Below, in pieces: positions 42,086 to 44,942 of a DNA stretch of 44,942 bases (position 1 is its first letter; each line of letters starts with the position of its first letter). Made by a program: the position numbers and the translations under genes. The stretch is taken from NCBI GenBank assembly GCA_031373235.1, contig JANMMK010000048.1, positions 1 to 44,942 of the forward strand, read 5' to 3'. The notes under the pieces were generated by a model. The model worked only from the letters and a program-made list of their open reading frames with translations. It was not told where the DNA came from and searched no databases. The DNA comes from a bacterium (GTDB lineage Bacteria; Patescibacteriota; Minisyncoccia; Phycocordibacterales; CAIRYW01).

Positions 42086-42850
42086 TTATAACTTCTTACA
42101 CTCAATCATCATAAAAAGAGGTATCTCTTTTCGTGCTTGGTCTTCAGCGACTTGTCGTGGGCCTTTCTGGCTTTCTCTATGAGAAATCCATTCTTCTAAA
42201 CGAGTAACAACTAGTCCCTGTTTTGAAAGTAGTTTTACAAAATACTGCAGTGGACGATGAAAGCTCACTGTCTTGTCGCTCTTATCTTTCCCTGGATGCA
42301 TTTCTATAGGCACAGTTTTTTCAGACATGTAAGAGTAGACCTTTCTGTATTGTTTTTTAGTACTCTCATCAAAACCCCAATCCGCTTCTTTTGGTATTCT
42401 GAAACTCGGATGATTTATCACAAAAACAAATTTTCCTCCCACTTTAAGTACTCGAGTCACTTCCCCAAATGTCTTATCTATATTTTTTATGTTCTGCAAT
42501 GCCAGAATGCAATATGCAATATCAAAAAAAGAATTATCAAAAGGAAAACTTTCATCTGCTAAAGCGACCTTAAACGTTTCGTTGCTTCCCTTCTCTCTTT
42601 CTGCAATTGAAACAAGTTCAGAAGAAATATCAAAACCAGAAACCGACTTGGCTCGCTTTGCAAATACATGTGCAAACAAACCTTGTCCACAGGCAATATC
42701 TAAAACACTATCTTTAGATGAGACACCTAAAACTCTCTCGAGGTTTGGCAAAATAACTTTTTGTTGATATGAATCAGGACTAAGCACAAGCTCGTCATAC
42801 CATCCTGCTACATTTCCCCACGAAGTATCTTTTTTTGAGTTCCCTTTCAT
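42086..42850 (-). CDS. class I SAM-dependent methyltransferase
   Basis: Motif I VLDIACGQGLF and motif post-I VSGFDIS. The track start at 42877 is TTG; ATG at 42848-42850. Confidence 0.85.
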   Translation of the reverse strand: MKGNSKKDTSWGNVAGWYDELVLSPDSYQQKVILPNLERVLGVSSKDSVLDIACGQGLFAHVFAKRAKSVSGFDISSELVSIAEREKGSNETFKVALADESFPFDNSFFDIAYCILALQNIKNIDKTFGEVTRVLKVGGKFVFVINHPSFRIPKEADWGFDESTKKQYRKVYSYMSEKTVPIEMHPGKDKSDKTVSFHRPLQYFVKLLSKQGLVVTRLEEWISHRESQKGPRQVAEDQARKEIPLFMMIECKKL

Positions 42851-42922
42851 AGCAACTATCTTACGAGAAATTTTCAATTACCACAAACTTATGTTACACT
42901 CTCTCTCAGTTTCAAGAAAAAT

Positions 42923-42994
42923 CGGAGTATGGTGTAACGGCTAGCATACTCGCTTTGGGAGCGAGCAGTCTGGGTTCGAATCCCAGTACTCCGA
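42923..42994 (+). tRNA. tRNA-Pro (anticodon UGG)
   Basis: Manual fold: acceptor CGGAGTA/TACTCCG, anticodon arm CTCGC-TTTGGGA-GCGAG, T arm CTGGG-TTCGAAT-CCCAG, discriminator A. CCA not encoded. Confidence 0.9.
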
Positions 42995-43029
42995 CAATAG
43001 AGTAAGAAAAGTGTATAAACACCTTTCGG

Positions 43030-43134
43030 CTGGGATTCGAAATCCTTTTGAGCATAATTTATGAGGTATCCCGAGATAAATTATCCAAAAGGCCTACTGG
43101 TCATGTAATGACCGAAAATCCCAGTACTCCGACA
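43030..43134. repeat. structured element bounded by an inverted and a direct copy of the tRNA-Pro 3' end
   Basis: 43030-43041 CTGGGATTCGAA is the exact reverse complement of 42975-42986. 43117-43134 is an exact 18-nt direct repeat of 42979-42996. Nested perfect stems lie between them. Confidence 0.6.
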
Positions 43135-43145
43135 TGAACAGAAAG

Positions 43146-43174
43146 AAAAAACACTCCTCCATGGAGTGTTTTTT
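43146..43174. terminator. bidirectional terminator (tRNA-Pro unit / yraN)
   Basis: A run, AACACTCC-TCCAT-GGAGTGTT, then a T run. Confidence 0.75.
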
Positions 43175-43175
43175 C

Positions 43176-43562
43176 TTATCCAGGTAAGAGTTGATTCTCA
43201 AGAAACTTTACAATAGACTTTTTTCTTTCGATGTCTATGTAAAGCAAAACAACATCAAACTGCCAGTTTTCTATTTTATGTTTAGAAATATAGATAGATA
43301 TAACCTTGGATAGCTTCGAAAGCTTATCTTTTGTAATATTTTCAGAAGGGTCAATCTCCTTTGTCTCATGTAAAACATCACCTACTATTTCACGTGAAAC
43401 AGACTTAACCTCTATAAAGTGTAAAAAACCTTGTTTTTGAGCAATAATATCTATTTCACCCCATTTTGTATAGTAATTCCTATGAATAACACTAAAATTA
43501 TGTTTCTTAAGAAACAATTCTGCTATATCTTCGCCTAATTTGCCAACTTTACCTAAATTCAT
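43176..43562 (-). CDS. yraN: YraN family (UPF0102) endonuclease-like protein
   Basis: GKLGEDIAELFLKKHNFSVIHRNYYTKWGEIDIIAQKQGFLHFIEVKS is the typical YraN core. Confidence 0.82.
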   Translation of the reverse strand: MNLGKVGKLGEDIAELFLKKHNFSVIHRNYYTKWGEIDIIAQKQGFLHFIEVKSVSREIVGDVLHETKEIDPSENITKDKLSKLSKVISIYISKHKIENWQFDVVLLYIDIERKKSIVKFLENQLLPG

Positions 43563-43591
43563 AAATAAAGGATATAAATAGCTAACAAGCC

Positions 43592-44032
43592 TTATTTTAT
43601 AAGGGTTTTTATAAAAGACATAACACTTTTGTCCTTTATAATATCATTAACGTACGGATCTAAATTCAACTTTAAGGCTTCCTTAAAGGTAAGCCACCTA
43701 TATTCTGAATGTTCTGCACTCAAAGAAACATTCTCTTTTGTTACACGTGAAATGTAAGTCACTCTAACTACATGTTTGTCAGACCAACCGAAAATATCCT
43801 GGACTCCAATTAAACCTAGTAATTTGAAAGATTTTAAACCTGTCTCTTCTTTTATCTCTCTTTTTAGTGCTTCTTCGAGTGTTTCACGTGAATCAATTCT
43901 TCCTCCTGGTAAATCCCATAAATTAGCTGACTTACCGATAGAAATAGAACTTCTTTTCAATAATAGGAACTTTCTAGACTTATTTAACAGAAAAGACTTA
44001 ACACCGACTTGTAAAATGAGTTTTTGTTTCAT
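43592..44032 (-). CDS. NUDIX hydrolase
   Basis: Nudix box GGRIDSRETLEEALKREIKEETGL. Confidence 0.88.
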   Translation of the reverse strand: MKQKLILQVGVKSFLLNKSRKFLLLKRSSISIGKSANLWDLPGGRIDSRETLEEALKREIKEETGLKSFKLLGLIGVQDIFGWSDKHVVRVTYISRVTKENVSLSAEHSEYRWLTFKEALKLNLDPYVNDIIKDKSVMSFIKTLIK

Positions 44033-44272
44033 GATTAACGTTAATTACGTTTCTTATGAAACATAATTGGGTTATTTTGCTTAAAAAACATAAATAATAG
44101 ACATATTATAAAATTTAAGACATCTTAAATCAATACTTTTATCCTGTCTTTTACACATATCAACATAGTTATCCACAGTTTTGCCTTATTTTATAAGGAA
44201 AAACTGGAAGGTGGGGTTTACAAAAAGGACAAAAGACATTATGGGAGTGAAAAGTCTTTCTTATTTATATAA

Positions 44273-44433
44273 CTAGAGAGAATCGCCCTCGAAACTTATT
44301 ATGTCGTCACATAATAAGTTTCTGCCCCACAAGAGGACTTCTATTTTTATAAATAAAAATAAGTCGGGCACCGGTTTCTGCTTCGCTTGTTGCTACAAGC
44401 TCAAGTGCAGAAACCGTTCGATTCTCTCTGGCC
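44273..44433. repeat. structured element bounded by inverted copies of the tRNA-Gly(GCC) 3' end
   Basis: Left arm CTAGAGAGAATCG matches 44492-44504 at 12/13 positions. Right arm GTTCGATTCTCTCTGGCC (44416-44433) is the exact reverse-complement copy of the tRNA 3' part. The interior holds four hairpins, including perfect 13-bp and 10-bp stems. Confidence 0.6.
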
Positions 44434-44439
44434 TGCTAC

Positions 44440-44485
44440 AAAAATATAATAAGCTGAATGCTTTCGCATCCAGCTTATTATTTTT
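44440..44485. terminator. bidirectional terminator between the element and tRNA-Gly(GCC)
   Basis: ATAATAAGCTG...CAGCTTATTAT (11 bp, plus an inner ATGC/GCAT) flanked by an A run and a T run. Confidence 0.75.
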
Positions 44486-44486
44486 G

Positions 44487-44557
44487 TGCGGCCAGAGAGA
44501 ATCGAACTCTCATCTAATCCTTGGCAAGGACTCATTTTACCACTAAACTATGGCCGC
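44487..44557 (-). tRNA. tRNA-Gly (anticodon GCC)
   Basis: Manual fold of GCGGCCA-TA-GTTT-AGTGGTA-AAAT-G-AGTCC-TTGCCAA-GGATT-AGAT-GAGAG-TTCGATT-CTCTC-TGGCCGC-A. 71 nt. Confidence 0.9.
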
Positions 44558-44569
44558 TTAATTTAAGTA

Positions 44570-44597
44570 ATTATACAGAAAAATGAGGGATCGACAA
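44570..44597 (-). promoter_or_regulatory. candidate promoter of tRNA-Gly(GCC)
   Basis: TTGTCG-N16-TATAAT on the - strand, about 12 nt upstream of the mature 5' end. Confidence 0.5.
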
Positions 44598-44747
44598 ATT
44601 TGGTGTCTTAAGGATTAGTACCCACACCTCAAGGCGTTGTAAGGGTATTTTAGCATAGTTGAGTGTGTCTCATTGATGTCTCAGGGTCACTATGCTGTTT
44701 ATTGAGATATAAGGGTTATTGGAGAAAATGAGACAGAATAAGACACT

Positions 44748-44942
44748 TTAAGGCTTACTACTTTTTCGTCTCACTTTTCGAGGATTCTTCTTGCGAGCCT
44801 CCCTTCGAGCTCGTTTCTCCTCCCATTTACGATCTTCCTCCGCCTTACGCTCCGCCATCTCCTCAGGCGGTACTAGACGCATATAGTTCATAATCTTGTA
44901 TCCTTTGAGGTGTTCAAATGGATCTACGAACTTGTACCACGG
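44748..44942 (-). CDS. C-terminal fragment of an unidentified protein (5' end outside the window)
   Basis: Open frame to the window edge: ...PWYKFVDPFEHLKGYKIMNYMRLVPPEEMAERKAEEDRKWEEKRARREARKKNPRKVRRKSSKP*. No family recognised. Confidence 0.4.
   Translation of the reverse strand, partial: PWYKFVDPFEHLKGYKIMNYMRLVPPEEMAERKAEEDRKWEEKRARREARKKNPRKVRRKSSKP

Noticed and set aside
43117-43134. Direct repeat of the tRNA-Pro 3' end as the attR of an integrated genomic island or prophage
   Set aside because: Only about 120 nt separate it from the tRNA, and no integrase or cargo gene lies between. The same-sized structures with an extra inverted copy at both tRNA-Gly genes argue for something other than a classical island scar. 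A degraded remnant remains possible.

Overview
44.9-kb, AT-rich, tightly packed bacterial chromosomal segment. The gene content looks like a Patescibacteria/CPR (Parcubacteria-like) genome; this is inference only. It shows a reduced housekeeping set, type IV pilus plus ComEC DNA-uptake genes, several TrmB-like regulators, large secreted proteins with Trp-rich repeats, and mostly weak Shine-Dalgarno signals. I call 47 CDS (2 truncated at the window edges), 3 tRNAs (Gly-UCC, Pro-UGG, Gly-GCC), about 20 intrinsic terminators and several promoters and palindromic operators. The ORF track uses GTG/TTG starts, so several starts were trimmed to the first plausible ATG. I saw no rRNA, CRISPR array, transposase, integrase, reverse transcriptase or phage gene. 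Most unusual observations: (1) each of the three tRNA genes is accompanied by a 105-160 nt highly structured element bounded by an inverted plus a direct copy of that tRNA's own 3' end. (2) A small GC-rich palindromic element flanked by direct repeats sits in frame inside rsmE, and a related copy sits in the nusA leader. (3) Several visibly GC-rich, apparently monocistronic orphan genes are embedded among AT-rich housekeeping genes, including a GC-rich paralog next to an AT-rich MYG1-like gene. (4) A B12-type radical SAM gene lies in a regulator-dense island. All functional interpretations of these are hypotheses that need database searches or experiments.
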